From the NCBI GenBank assembly GCA_049522015.1, contig JBEKOG010000024.1:5291-69290 (forward strand): a DNA stretch of 64,000 nt, written 5' to 3'. Shown one piece after another: positions 9,262 through 19,405 of the stretch. Origin of the DNA: Verrucomicrobiota bacterium (GTDB lineage: Bacteria; Verrucomicrobiota; Verrucomicrobiia; Limisphaerales; UBA11358). Every line of letters begins with the position of its first letter. Positions within the stretch are counted from its first letter, which is position 1. The notes below the pieces were generated by a model, which made no database searches, was not told where the DNA came from, and saw only the letters and a program-made list of their open reading frames with translations. The position numbers were made by a program, and so were the translations under genes.

Positions 9262-9993
9262 ATGGTTATGATTGACGTTGAAGATTATGTCAAAAAGCAA
9301 ATCGCCGTTTTTCAAGCAAACAAACTCCAGGAAAACCGTGAGCAGCGACTGGGGCGGGGCAAGGAAGGCAACCTGTTCTACGGTCCATACCTGCTGATTT
9401 CTCGCGAAAAGGGCGCCGGCGGGAACACCGTTGCCCGGCTTGTCGGAAAACGATTGGGCTGGCAGGTGTTTAACAATGAAATCGTGGATGAAATCTCAAA
9501 AAAGGCGCACATTCGCCGCCAATTAATCGAGAGCTTGGATGAGCGTGATCAGGCAACGATCCAAGACATTGTTGGCCAATTGCTGAACCCCGAGGAGATC
9601 GGCACACCAGACTACCTGGCCTATTTGAAGCAAGTAGTGCTCACGCTTGGTCATCAGGGTGACGTGGTCATCGTCGGCCACGCAGCGCGGTTCATTTTGC
9701 CAGCTCAGTTCGGTTTGAGTGTGCGGATGGTTGCGCCGATTGAGGTGCGTACCCGGCGGATCGCCGACAAAGCGCGCTTGAGTCTGAAGGCCGCCCGGGT
9801 TGAGATCGAAAGAATTGATCGCGAGCGAGTGAAATCGGTCCGTCGCCATTTTGGCCACGATGTGACCGACCCTTTGAGCCACGACTTGATCATCAACACG
9901 GCCGCGCTCAGCGTCGAGGCGGCAGCAGAAGTGGTCGTAACGGCACTTCAGCGAAAGTTGGGTGTACGGATCAAAGAGAGCGGACGGAAATAA
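9262..9993 (+). CDS. Cytidylate kinase-like family protein
   Basis: ISREKGAGG, VVIVGHAA and DLIINT motifs. Start could be 9262 or 9268. Confidence 0.85.
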   Translation: MVMIDVEDYVKKQIAVFQANKLQENREQRLGRGKEGNLFYGPYLLISREKGAGGNTVARLVGKRLGWQVFNNEIVDEISKKAHIRRQLIESLDERDQATIQDIVGQLLNPEEIGTPDYLAYLKQVVLTLGHQGDVVIVGHAARFILPAQFGLSVRMVAPIEVRTRRIADKARLSLKAARVEIERIDRERVKSVRRHFGHDVTDPLSHDLIINTAALSVEAAAEVVVTALQRKLGVRIKESGRK

Positions 9994-10022
9994 CAAGAAA
10001 GTGAAGGGATAGAGCGCCGTGG

Positions 10023-10700
10023 TCAGCGCCCCGGAATGCCAATTTCTGCCAGTAACGCCTTGATGCCGTTCCAAGTGATCCCCACACCGATGCACAGCAT
10101 GATGAACGCCGAGAGCCGCACCACCACCATCATGCCCGTATGCCCGATCCGTTTGCCGACCCGCTGGGCGTAGCGATAGGTCAAAAGAATGGACAGCGCG
10201 ATGATGCCGGCACCGATGGCGGCGGCGAGAAGCTGGATCACCGCGTGTTTAAACGTGTGCGCATGATTGGCGCCGACGGTGATCGCGACCGAAATAACCC
10301 CGGCATCAATCGTCATCGGCAAAGTCAGGGGGGAAAAGGCCCGCCCCAGCGCGATGAGCTTGGCGTGGATCGGGTCCAAGGTCACATCGGCCGGTTTGGG
10401 GATGTCGGCCAGGAGTTTCCAGCCCAGCGCACACACCACGGCACCGCCCGCCACCTGCACCACAGGTATCGAAAGGCCGAACAAAAGCAGGACGAACGAG
10501 CCAAGCAACAACGACCCCAGCACAAGGAAAAACGAGTAGAACGCAATTCGTTTCGCCAGAAAGGCGCGGGTTGATTCATCGCAGCCGGGCGTCATTCTTA
10601 GGAAAATCGGAGCGTCGCCCAGTGGATTAACGACGGGCAGTAAAGCGCCGACGATCAGCAGAATTGCACCGATAAGTTGGGAAATGTCGGACCAGATCAT
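10023..10700 (-). CDS. MarC family membrane protein
   Basis: VVNPLGDAPIF, VQVAGG, PLTLPM and RLSAFIMLCIGV motifs; ATG at 10700. Confidence 0.9.
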   Translation of the reverse strand: MIWSDISQLIGAILLIVGALLPVVNPLGDAPIFLRMTPGCDESTRAFLAKRIAFYSFFLVLGSLLLGSFVLLLFGLSIPVVQVAGGAVVCALGWKLLADIPKPADVTLDPIHAKLIALGRAFSPLTLPMTIDAGVISVAITVGANHAHTFKHAVIQLLAAAIGAGIIALSILLTYRYAQRVGKRIGHTGMMVVVRLSAFIMLCIGVGITWNGIKALLAEIGIPGR

Positions 10701-10786
10701 CGTGTCGCCTTTACTTTTCGGATTTTCCAAATGCCCGCCGAAGCCGTAGCGCATGAACGGACGGAAAGCGGCCGAACTTGCAGACG

Positions 10787-10827
10787 TGCTGCGGCTAGTC
10801 CCGCTCAACGGGACACAGCCGCGCTCC
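10787..10827. repeat. REP-like element of the same family as 6664-6689
   Basis: TGCTGCGGCT...GACACAGCCGCGCTCC with an internal GTCCCG/CGGGAC hairpin. Confidence 0.6.
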
Positions 10828-10856
10828 GGCAGAATTTTCAAATATGCCCGTGCAAA

Positions 10857-11408
10857 CTATGCTGCCACCGCGCACGCTTCCTTGCCGGCGCAGGAGGGCT
10901 GATGTTCCTGCAACGCTTCCGGGTTGGTGCGGCTGATAATCTCCCGGGCGTGAGTCGTCTCTGCATCGGAGCCGTGGGCGATCAGGACATATTTGCCGCT
11001 TTTCACCGCCGTCTCGTATTGCAGAATGCTGTCCTTGGGGATGCCCACGCTGTAAAGTCCGGCGCCCAGCGCGCTCAAACCGCCCACCACCACCGCGCCT
11101 TCCAAAGCCCCGACAATCCAGCCGACGAGCGGCCCGGCCACGAGCAACGGCCCGACGCCGGGAATCAAAAAGAACGCGGAGCCGAATAACAAGCCCCAAA
11201 AACCACCCCAGAAGGCTCCCAATTTTCCCCAGTATTTCATGCGGTCCCCGGCATTGTAATAGCCGATCACGTTTTCATCCGTGTGATAGTCGCGGCCGAC
11301 GATGGATAGTTTCTTCATGTCAAAGCCCGATTGCTGCAGTTCCTTGACGGCAGTTTCGGCTTCGATGTGCGATTTGAAAATCGCCACGATGGAATTGTTC
11401 TTGGTCAT
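10857..11408 (-). CDS. General stress membrane protein (YflT-like/DUF1269-like)
   Basis: AETAVKELQQSGFD..LSIVG plus glycine zipper WGGFWGLLFG..IPGVGPLLVAGP; paralog of 33311-33823. Confidence 0.85.
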   Translation of the reverse strand: MTKNNSIVAIFKSHIEAETAVKELQQSGFDMKKLSIVGRDYHTDENVIGYYNAGDRMKYWGKLGAFWGGFWGLLFGSAFFLIPGVGPLLVAGPLVGWIVGALEGAVVVGGLSALGAGLYSVGIPKDSILQYETAVKSGKYVLIAHGSDAETTHAREIISRTNPEALQEHQPSCAGKEACAVAA

Positions 11409-11471
11409 AATATTTTTTCTTTCGTTTTTGCTTTTATTGCTGGTGACACTTTAGGCCGTTACGGGGCCTTT

Positions 11472-11490
11472 GCTATGGGGTGAATCCCTA
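11472..11490 (-). promoter_or_regulatory. Copy of motif TAGGG-N4-ACCCCATAGC upstream of the general stress gene
   Basis: Minus strand TAGGGATTCACCCCATAGC; TAAAGT lies 17 bp after ATAGCA. Confidence 0.65.
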
Positions 11491-11554
11491 CCAAGAGTCA
11501 AAAAGCCAATGCTCTGCCGCATTCGCCAAAACCGAAGGGATCGGTGACGGTTTC

Positions 11555-11902
11555 GATGATCCAGGACTTGACTGTGCGGCAGTGTCACTGCCACACGGTG
11601 CTCAGGATTCTCGTTGTCCGGTAACCCAAGAAGCGCTGACCAATGTCGCCAGACACGCGCAGGCCAGCCGGGTGCAAGTAAACATTCAGAAACTGGCGGG
11701 CTGCATTTGCATGAAAATAAAAGATGACGGCAAATCTTTTCAGGTGCAACGTGTATTGCTGGCCCGCGGGTGCAAATGTCTGGGACTGCTTTGCATGAGG
11801 GAGCGGTTGGAGATGTTCGGCGGCAAATTCGTTGTCGAATCCTCACCCGGCAAGGCACGACCATTCTTGCTCAGATTCCCCTCGGCAAGGCCGCGCGAGG
11901 GG
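11555..11902 (+). pseudogene. Remnant of a NarQ/UhpB-type histidine kinase ATPase domain
   Basis: QEALTNVARHA, IKDDGKSF, LGLLCMRER and SPGK followed by a frameshift to TTILAQIP. No sensor or H-box region. Confidence 0.8.
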
Positions 11903-11945
11903 GAAACCGCTGATGGAGCCGGCTGGCAGCAAACCTTGAATGTCT

Positions 11946-12623
11946 ATGAAACGAATCACTGTTCTGCTGGCCGAAGACCACACGGTCGTGCGTGAGGGGT
12001 TTCGCAAGTTGCTGGAGTTGGAAGACGACTTCGAAGTGGTCGGCGAAGCGGAAGACGGACGCCAGGCGGTCGCCATGGTCAAAAGACTTCGCCCCGCCGT
12101 GGTGCTGATGGACATCGCCATGCCGCTGCTCAATGGTTTGGAAGCCACCCGTAAGATTCTCAAAGCCGTCCCCAGCACCAGAATACTCATTCTCACGGCG
12201 CACAGTGATGACGCGTATGTCAAAAACGCAACGGAGTCCGGCGCCGTGGGATTTCTGCTCAAACAAGCCTCCGCCCGCGTTCTGTCCAAGGGGATTCGGG
12301 AAGTCAACAAGGGGAATGTCTTTTTCGGCCCGTTCATTGCGAAGCTTCTTCCCAAACGTGAGCGAAAGTCGTTGGATCGAGCCGGACGGCCGAAACCGCG
12401 CAAGGGCCGCCTGACTTCGCGCGAAATGGAAGTGTTCCAACTGATTGCCGAAGGCAAAGCCAACAAACAAATCGCGGCGGAACTCAGCATTGGCATGAAG
12501 ACCATCGAAAGACACCGCGAGCATCTCATGGAGAAGCTCAACATCCACGGTACCGCCGGACTCACCCGCCTCGCCGTCGCCATGGGCATCATTGAGAGCA
12601 ATGTCCAGTTGACCATTATTTAG
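11946..12623 (+). CDS. NarL/FixJ-family response regulator
   Basis: Receiver (LAEDH, LMDIAMP, FLLK) plus LuxR HTH (LTSREMEV...ANKQIAAEL...HREHLMEKL). Confidence 0.95.
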   Translation: MKRITVLLAEDHTVVREGFRKLLELEDDFEVVGEAEDGRQAVAMVKRLRPAVVLMDIAMPLLNGLEATRKILKAVPSTRILILTAHSDDAYVKNATESGAVGFLLKQASARVLSKGIREVNKGNVFFGPFIAKLLPKRERKSLDRAGRPKPRKGRLTSREMEVFQLIAEGKANKQIAAELSIGMKTIERHREHLMEKLNIHGTAGLTRLAVAMGIIESNVQLTII

Positions 12624-12736
12624 CGCCGGAAACTTTTGGGGTTCTCCGCCTGCTCCGACTTGTCCCGGTCGCGTCAGGTTTCGCTCGCCACCCTTCCGAC
12701 CTGGCGTGTCGGGGCTGGATTCATCAAGTCTGGCAT

Positions 12737-12755
12737 GGGGAAAACACCCCATAGC
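12737..12755 (+). promoter_or_regulatory. Motif copy GGGGAAAACACCCCATAGC
   Basis: TATCAT lies 18 bp after ATAGCA; precedes the ATG at 12790. Confidence 0.6.
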
Positions 12756-12789
12756 ATCCACGCGCTTATCCGCCTATCATGCTATTGTT

Positions 12790-13119
12790 ATGAATCCTTT
12801 AGAAACAACAAATTATCTGGTGCCTGCTGGATTTAGGCTGGTCATCCAAGCGGCCGTCCTGGTGGTTGCGGTTATCGCTGCTCGGCGGTACAAACTGAAA
12901 GGTTTGTGGATTTTGGTGGCAGCGGCGCTTTTGGCTGCTTTACAAGACGTTATGGATATGGCGTTTTCTTCGTTGTTTCACGCCGGGCACGATAACGTAA
13001 TGGTGTATTGGGTAAGGCTCCAATATGTTCCTTTTGTTATTATGCTCATAACTCTCTGCGGCTGGTGTGTCTTGGCTTTCAGCCGCAAGCAAGGAGCGAA
13101 GCCGGATGCCAACCCATAG
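12790..13119 (+). CDS. Small 3-TM membrane protein, function unknown
   Basis: 109 aa with three hydrophobic segments; same-length paralog at 29819-30148. Confidence 0.7.
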   Translation: MNPLETTNYLVPAGFRLVIQAAVLVVAVIAARRYKLKGLWILVAAALLAALQDVMDMAFSSLFHAGHDNVMVYWVRLQYVPFVIMLITLCGWCVLAFSRKQGAKPDANP

Positions 13120-13230
13120 CAAGCCCCCTAGCGATTTTCCTTTTTCAGCGGAATAATGACTCGGTGACAAGCCAGGTATTTGCCAGACAGAAACTGGGTG
13201 TGCAAAACCGGTTTAAAAAGCGTCAGGCGG

Positions 13231-13395
13231 ATGGTGCCTCGGCGGATTCCCAATTACGATCTGGAGAAGTGCCACAAGGCGGAGCCGCTGTTTCAAACCG
13301 TGCCGCCCGTCACGCTGTTCTCCAGTCTCAAATCCTTCACCTTCCGGCTCTGGGATGAGGAGCGGCACCGGCTGGTTGGTTTCAGCCATCTTTGA
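13231..13395 (+). pseudogene. C-terminal fragment of a Des-type fatty acid desaturase
   Basis: PRRIPNYDLEKCH...VTLFSSLKSFTFRLWDE resembles the Bacillus Des-like tail after the last His box. No His boxes remain. Confidence 0.65.
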
Positions 13396-13400
13396 AATCT

Positions 13401-13419
13401 CCGGGAAACACCCCATAGC
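13401..13419 (+). promoter_or_regulatory. Motif copy CCGGGAAACACCCCATAGC, cut off from its downstream element by the repeat junction
   Basis: Identical to 30430-30448; homology ends at 13429. Confidence 0.55.
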
Positions 13420-13429
13420 GTCCGTGCGG

Positions 13430-13618
13430 CTAACCAAGCCACGCTGATGGCGAGCGCGTCTTCAAACCCACCAACGGCGTAAACCCAAAAAAGATTCCCA
13501 CCGCGACACCCACCGCCACGGCACGAGGTGAGACCTCAATGCCCTTGAGCTTGTTCCACCGCAAGGCCAGCCACTGGATCGGCTTCACGTCCGCCACACT
13601 AGCCGACGTGTCTTTCAT
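13430..13618 (-). pseudogene. Truncated DUF2062-like membrane protein
   Basis: SPRAVAVGVAVGIFFGFTPLVGLKT followed by an abrupt stop at the repeat junction. Confidence 0.65.
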
Positions 13619-13655
13619 TGAAAATCCCAAATATATTCCTGCGGAAGGCAAATCT

Positions 13656-15062
13656 TCATGCCAGGTGACCAGACTGCGAAATGACGACCGCGAACTCCGA
13701 ACCCTCGCCCGGCTGGCTCTGGACCGACACTTTGCCGTGGTGGGCTTCGACAATGGCTTTTACCAGGCTCAATCCAAGGCCAAGGCCGCGTTGGGAACGG
13801 CTCTTGTCGCCGCGGTAAAGACGCTCCCAGATACGTGGTTGCTCTTCTGGCGGGATGCCCATGCCGGTGTCATGCACCCGCACGGTCACGCGACCGGATT
13901 CAACGGCGCAGGCGAGGCGGACGTTGCCGCCCTCGGGCGTGTATTTGAGCGCGTTGTCGAGGAGGTTGGCAAAAGCCTGGCGCATGCGGGTCGCATCCAC
14001 GACGGCTTCGCACGGTGCGTTGAAGTCGGTGGCGACGGTGATGCGCTTTTCTTCGGCGACGACTTCGTAGAGTTCAACCACATTGGTCAGCAGCGAGGCG
14101 ATGGAAGTCTTTTCCAGGTTCAGTTTCATCACCCCCGCCTCGGCTTCGGTGATGTCCATAAGCGCGGTGAGCATGGTGAGGACGCGGTCGGATTCCTCGA
14201 CGCAATCGGCCAACGCTTCACGCGCAGCGGGATCGGGCGTGGCTTGCACGGCGAGTTCCGCCGTGCCGCGCAGTCGGGTGAGCGGGGTGCGGAGATCGTG
14301 GGCGACGTTGTCCAACGCTTCGCGCATGCCCTGGATCAGCGCCTGATTTTTGTCGAGCACGCGGTTGAACTGGCGGGCCAGGTCCTCCAGTTCGGTCTGG
14401 CGGGCGCTGGCGGGAACGCGGGCGGACAGGTTGCCGGTGTCAATGATGGCGCGGGCCGTGGCCACGACTTCGCGCACGGGTTTGGTCGCGCGATGGGCAA
14501 AGAAAGCACCGCCGAGCACCCCGAGCAACAGTGTGGGTGTCATCACAATCAGGAAATCTCGGCGGAAGGGCTGGAGCAAGGTCTCGCGGTTGTTCGTGCT
14601 GCGACCCACCTGCAGGACCGAGCCGTCGGGCAACCGCATCGCGGCGACCGTGAAATCACTTTGCTCATCTTTCGGAATGCGCAACCAGACGAGTCGCGAC
14701 GGGTCGCCGCCACGGTCGAGCGCCGAGGTGTCGAATTGGACCCAATCTTCTGGAGCGGTCAGCAACAATACACTGCCCTGTTGTCCAGCCAGGCGGATGA
14801 AAAAGGATTTGACCTTGCCCGAATCGCGGCTGCGCTGGACAAGATCCTGCAACGCGGCGAGGCCGCCGTTGTCATAGACCGCCGCGCATTCCCGGAGCCG
14901 GGCTTCGATGATTTCGCGATCCTTGCTTTGCAGCGTTGCCGCCAGCAGCAGATAAAGCAGGCCGAAGAGAACCACCGCACTGAACGTGAACAGCGCCGCG
15001 TAGCCCAGGCTCAGGCGAAACGTGAAGCTGCGGCCCAGGCGTTCAAGCGGGTTTGAGGACAT
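13656..15062 (-). CDS. Sensor histidine kinase (2 TM, HAMP, HisKA, HATPase)
   Basis: [37 protein letters not shown]. Confidence 0.95.
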   Translation of the reverse strand: MSSNPLERLGRSFTFRLSLGYAALFTFSAVVLFGLLYLLLAATLQSKDREIIEARLRECAAVYDNGGLAALQDLVQRSRDSGKVKSFFIRLAGQQGSVLLLTAPEDWVQFDTSALDRGGDPSRLVWLRIPKDEQSDFTVAAMRLPDGSVLQVGRSTNNRETLLQPFRRDFLIVMTPTLLLGVLGGAFFAHRATKPVREVVATARAIIDTGNLSARVPASARQTELEDLARQFNRVLDKNQALIQGMREALDNVAHDLRTPLTRLRGTAELAVQATPDPAAREALADCVEESDRVLTMLTALMDITEAEAGVMKLNLEKTSIASLLTNVVELYEVVAEEKRITVATDFNAPCEAVVDATRMRQAFANLLDNALKYTPEGGNVRLACAVESGRVTVRVHDTGMGIPPEEQPRIWERLYRGDKSRSQRGLGLGLSLVKAIVEAHHGKVSVQSQPGEGSEFAVVISQSGHLA

Positions 15063-15717
15063 AGCCGACTCCGCGGATGGTTTGGATGAGTTTTACAGGG
15101 AAATCCTTGTCCACCTTCGCGCGCAACCGGTGGACGAGCACGTCCACGACATTGGTTTGCGGGTCGAAGCTGTAATCCCAAAGATGCTCCAAAATCATGG
15201 TCTTGGTGACCGCGCGACCGGGATGGCGGAGAAGCTGTTCGAGCAGGGCAAACTCGCGGGATTGCAGTTCAATCTTTTGCCCGCTGCGCACGACCTCGCG
15301 CGTGAGCAAATCCATCGTGAGGTCGCCCGCCGCGAGTTTCATCGGCTCGGCGGTGTGCGTGGCGCGGCGGATGAGCGCCTGCACGCGGGCCAGCAACTCG
15401 GAAAACGCAAACGGCTTGGTGAGGTAGTCATCGCCGCCCGCCTGCAAGCCTTTCACGCGGTCATCGACGCTCGCCTTCGCGCTGAGGATCAGTACGGGCG
15501 TGTGGATTTTGTCCTGGCGCAACTGGCGCAGCAATGAAAGCCCGTCGAGCTTCGGCAGCATGATGTCGAGCACCGCCGCGTCGTAGGTGACCGCGCCGGC
15601 CAGCGCGAGTCCTCTTTCGCCATCGGCCGCATGGTCCACGGCGAAGCCATTTTGCTTCAGCCCGTTGACGACGAACGAGGCGATCTTGCTGTCATCTTCA
15701 ATCACCAGCACGCGCAT
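15043..15717 (-). CDS. OmpR-family response regulator (CusR/CzcR-like)
   Basis: [45 protein letters not shown]. Confidence 0.95.
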   Translation of the reverse strand: MRVLVIEDDSKIASFVVNGLKQNGFAVDHAADGERGLALAGAVTYDAAVLDIMLPKLDGLSLLRQLRQDKIHTPVLILSAKASVDDRVKGLQAGGDDYLTKPFAFSELLARVQALIRRATHTAEPMKLAAGDLTMDLLTREVVRSGQKIELQSREFALLEQLLRHPGRAVTKTMILEHLWDYSFDPQTNVVDVLVHRLRAKVDKDFPVKLIQTIRGVGYVLKPA

Positions 15718-15819
15718 AATTCAAGTAGGGCGAGGGTATCCAAGACGCGCGCGCAAATACATCCTTAAAAGAATTCGGCATCCTGGCCGGTGTGACAGAG
15801 GGCGAAGCCATCGTCTCAA

Positions 15820-18033
15820 TCAATGCGTGGCCACGGCCACCACCGAGGACTGCCGCAGCATTGCCACATAATCCGCCAGGATGTGTTCGGACTCGCGGAG
15901 GATGGGATCACTTGGCGGAACACTGGTATCGGCCTGCTCCATTTTGTCAGCGGTGGAAGCCGATGCTTCGGCCACTGGCGCATTGGTCGTGACGACCGGT
16001 GCGGGCAGACCCGGGGTGTCCGCATTTTTGACCGTGACGTCGTAGATGATCGGCTGGCTCTCCTTGCGGGCGGCGAGCTCCTTTTTCCGGGAGGCTTCGC
16101 GCGCCTTGGCGGCTTCGTTTTCCCGGCGGCGTTCCGCCTCGTTCAAGGAAACCGTTTTGGTTGCGAGGTTTTGCTTGAATTGCGCGATGTCCTCGCGAAG
16201 ATCGGCGAAGTCCTGGTCTTTGGCCACGCGCAGGGCGGATTGTGCCCGGAGCTCATTCACGAAGGGACTGACGTGATCTTCCCGGGTGTAATCGGAAGAC
16301 GGAATGCGATCCCACGGCAACGGGTCTTGCAATTCGGCTTCGCCCACATCGGCCACATCGCTCAAGGATGGCAGCGTGATGTCCGCCGCCACTCCCTTGA
16401 GTTGCGTGGAGGCGCCGCTCGGACGGTAAAACTTCCGGATGGTGACTTTGAGCGCGCCGGGGTCAATGGAGTGCGCGAGACGATTCCGGTCCATCAACGC
16501 CGCCAGTGGGACAACGGTTTGTACTGTGCCTTTCCCAAAAGTGGATTCGTCCCCCACGATCAAAGCCCGGCCATAGTCCTGCAACGCCCCGGCCAGAATC
16601 TCCGACGCCGACGCGCTGAACCGGCTGGTAAGCACAATCAGCGGGCCATCGTAAAGCTCCGAATCCTCGGTGTCCGCTTCGACATCCGTGCGTCCGTCCA
16701 ATTCGCGGGTTTGCACGACGGGTCCATCATGGATGAACAGACTGGTGAGAGTGACAGCTTCTTCCAGGGAACCGCCGCCGTTATGCCGCAAGTCCAGGAT
16801 GAGACCCTGGATGTGTTCGGCCTCCAGTTTGTGGATGAGCTTGGCCACATCAGCCGTCGCGCTGCTCGGCGTGGCGCCAGCTCGTCGGTCGTAACCGCCG
16901 TAGAACGCGGGGAGATCAATGACGCCCAGACGCAGAACCGGCCCATTTGTTTGTGGCCAGTCCACAATGCGTGCCTTGGCCTGCTGATCCTCCAGCTTCA
17001 CCTCGTCGCGCACGATCGTGATGGTCTTGCGCACGGACGCATCGGCGCTGCCGGCGGGAATAAGCGTCAGGCGGACGCGCGTGCCTTTCGGGCCGCGAAT
17101 CAACTTCACCGCATCGGGCAGCGGCATGTCCACGATGTCCACCGGCCTCTGGTCCCCCTGCCCGACCGCGACAATGCGGTCGCCCGGTTTGAGCAGGCCA
17201 CTCCGGGCCGCCGGGCCGCCAGGTAAAAGTTCGGAAATTTTGCAATAGCCGTCCTCCGCCCGCAACGTTGCGCCGATGCCGAACAGGGACAGGTTCATGG
17301 CGATGGAGAAGTCGTCCATCTGTTCGCGTCCCAGGTAATCCGAGTGCGGGTCATACACGTGCGCCAGGGCATTGAGATACACTTCGAGCACATCTCCGGA
17401 GGTGAGTTTTTTCATGGTCAGCAACGTGCGGGTGTAGCGTTGCGTGAGGTTGGTGACGATGTCGGCGGGTTGCTTTCCCGCGAGCTTTTCTTGCAAATAT
17501 TCCGCGCGGACGTTCTGCCGCCACAGTTCGCAGGCGGCCGCAAGGTCCGCTGGGCGTGGAGCTTTCTCGCGGTCGAACGAGAAGGTGTCATGCCCGGTAA
17601 ACTCGAATTTCCCGCTCCGCAGCAGGTTCGTGACATACGCGACGCGCTGGTCCAGCCGTTCCAAATAACGCCGGAAGATGATCCGCTCCGGGGTCAGGTC
17701 GCCTTCGCGGCGGGTCATGTCGGGCAGACGCGAACGGAAGCCGTCAAACTCCTTCACATCCGGCTGGAGGAACAGCAGGCGGGCCGGATCCAGTGAATCG
17801 AGGTAGCGGTCGAGAAATTTCGCGGCCAGTGCGTCGTCAAGCCGGTGCTGTGAGAATTGGGAATGTTCCAGCAAGTCGGCGGTGATCCGCGTGATGTTGC
17901 CGTCGGTCGGGTCGTTCGTTTTCGCCGCGACCGAAGCCGGGCGGTTGGCCAGGGTGGCCGCCGTGACGAGGCCGGCGAGAACCAATAAAGCCAGCACGGC
18001 AATAATCCGGGGCACGAACCGTTTTAATTTCAT
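15820..18033 (-). CDS. prc: Carboxy-terminal processing (tail-specific) protease, S41 family
   Basis: Signal peptide, DPHSDY, PDZ (GIGA), DLRHNGGGSL, SASASEILAGALQDYGR, TFGKGTVQ. Confidence 0.93.
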   Translation of the reverse strand: MKLKRFVPRIIAVLALLVLAGLVTAATLANRPASVAAKTNDPTDGNITRITADLLEHSQFSQHRLDDALAAKFLDRYLDSLDPARLLFLQPDVKEFDGFRSRLPDMTRREGDLTPERIIFRRYLERLDQRVAYVTNLLRSGKFEFTGHDTFSFDREKAPRPADLAAACELWRQNVRAEYLQEKLAGKQPADIVTNLTQRYTRTLLTMKKLTSGDVLEVYLNALAHVYDPHSDYLGREQMDDFSIAMNLSLFGIGATLRAEDGYCKISELLPGGPAARSGLLKPGDRIVAVGQGDQRPVDIVDMPLPDAVKLIRGPKGTRVRLTLIPAGSADASVRKTITIVRDEVKLEDQQAKARIVDWPQTNGPVLRLGVIDLPAFYGGYDRRAGATPSSATADVAKLIHKLEAEHIQGLILDLRHNGGGSLEEAVTLTSLFIHDGPVVQTRELDGRTDVEADTEDSELYDGPLIVLTSRFSASASEILAGALQDYGRALIVGDESTFGKGTVQTVVPLAALMDRNRLAHSIDPGALKVTIRKFYRPSGASTQLKGVAADITLPSLSDVADVGEAELQDPLPWDRIPSSDYTREDHVSPFVNELRAQSALRVAKDQDFADLREDIAQFKQNLATKTVSLNEAERRRENEAAKAREASRKKELAARKESQPIIYDVTVKNADTPGLPAPVVTTNAPVAEASASTADKMEQADTSVPPSDPILRESEHILADYVAMLRQSSVVAVATH

Positions 18034-18110
18034 AAAATATTGTATCTTGATCTGCGTTGGTTGCCGGGGAACAGCGCGGTCAACCAGCACCCAACTTTAT
18101 CGTTGCTGCC

Positions 18111-18167
18111 AATAATAGAACATCGCCACGTTGCGGGGTGCTTTCCCGGAGATTACAAGTTTGCAAG
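18111..18167 (-). promoter_or_regulatory. Putative promoter with a CusR/CopR-like inverted repeat upstream of prc
   Basis: ATTACAAGTTTGCAAG (18152-18167), with GCTTTC and AATAG at the same offsets as upstream of moxR. Confidence 0.55.
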
Positions 18168-18295
18168 ACAGCGGGTTTAGCTGGTGCGGAAGAACCAGGA
18201 GAAAGGCTGTAATCAAAGGCGTTTGTTTCGTTTTATAACGAAATCATGAAAAAGCCAATCTTCTCTCGTTCGGAGAACCCCAAAAGTTTCCGTTG

Positions 18296-18973
18296 CTAAA
18301 CCATGGTTCGCTGGACACTGCTCTCAATGATACCTGCTTCGATCGCGTGGCGGGTGAGTCCGGCGGTACCGTGGAGGTTGAGCTTCTCCATGATATGCTC
18401 GCGATGTCTTTCGACGGTCTTCATGCCGATGCCCAGTTCCGCCGCGATTTGTTTGTTGGCTTTGCCTTCGGCAATCAGTTGGAGCACTTCCATCTCGCGC
18501 GAAGTCAGGCGGGCCTTGCGCGGCTTCGGCCGTCCGGCTCGATCCAACGACTTTCGCTCACGTTCGGGAAGAAGTTTCGCAATGAACGGGCCGAAAAAAG
18601 TATGACCCTTGTTGACTTCCCGAATCCCCTCGGACAGAACGCGGGCGGAGGCTTGTTTGAGCAGAAATCCCACGGCACCGGACTCCGTTGCGTTTTTGAC
18701 ATACGCGCCATCACTGTGCGCAGAGAGAATGAGTATTCTGGTTTTGGGGACGGCTTTGAGAATCTGACGGGTGGCTTCCAAACCATTGAGCAGCGGCATG
18801 GCGATGTCCATGACGACCACTGCGGGGCGAAGTTTTTTGACCATGGCGACCGCCTGGCGACCGTCTTCCGCTTCGCCGACCACTTCGAAGTCGTCTTCCA
18901 ACTCCAGCAACTTGCGAAACCCCTCACGCACTATCGTGTGGTCTTCGGCCAGCAAAACAGTGATTCGTCTCAT
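18296..18973 (-). CDS. NarL/FixJ-family response regulator, close paralog of 11946-12623
   Basis: Receiver plus LuxR HTH; nearly the same sequence and the same downstream GGAAACTTTTGGGGTTCTCCG. Confidence 0.95.
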   Translation of the reverse strand: MRRITVLLAEDHTIVREGFRKLLELEDDFEVVGEAEDGRQAVAMVKKLRPAVVVMDIAMPLLNGLEATRQILKAVPKTRILILSAHSDGAYVKNATESGAVGFLLKQASARVLSEGIREVNKGHTFFGPFIAKLLPERERKSLDRAGRPKPRKARLTSREMEVLQLIAEGKANKQIAAELGIGMKTVERHREHIMEKLNLHGTAGLTRHAIEAGIIESSVQRTMV

Positions 18974-19052
18974 AGACTTTCAATTTTGGTTTCAGTTTCA
19001 TCGTTTGCGCTTTCACGCCTGATTAACCTTGCGGTCTTAACTGCATTCGGGA

Positions 19053-19359
19053 TCAACTCACAGCGATGAGCGATACCGGTTCATCACGTTCATCGCGGGC
19101 GGTGCCAGTGGCGTGCAGGTCAAGCGTAGGCTCGCCATCCACTAGGAACCGGTATTGGGTGATGGCCATGAGGCAGCCACATCTGAATAAACCACCAGCT
19201 ATCCTCCCGTTGGGCCATCAGGATGGGGTGCCAGTGATTGAAATCGCCCGCCAACTGAACAGTCTTTGCCCCACGCGCGGAGCAGAAGAAATTGACCGGC
19301 TTGATGGAATTACTTGCGGAATAAATCCCGTTGCTGGGTTTGTCATGCGTGGTGTTCAT
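19053..19359 (-). pseudogene. Frameshifted glycogen-binding (CBM48/AMPK-beta-like) protein
   Basis: AKTVQLAGDFNHW...LPHGHH, then an extra base; continues in another frame as QYRFLVDGEP...LIAVS-stop. Confidence 0.75.
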
Positions 19360-19405
19360 AAAGAAGGATTTTCCTTGATGCTTTCCTTCCATTTTTGATT
19401 CGTTT

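Larger units (their letters stand above)
12587..13429 (+). repeat. 843-bp direct repeat, copy 1
   Basis: Collinear with 29616-30458; both ends are offset by 17029 bp. Confidence 0.9.

Noticed and set aside
13113-13125. CCCATAGC at the stop of the 3-TM gene as a ninth motif copy
   Set aside because: It lacks the GGG half-site and is not conserved in the second repeat copy.
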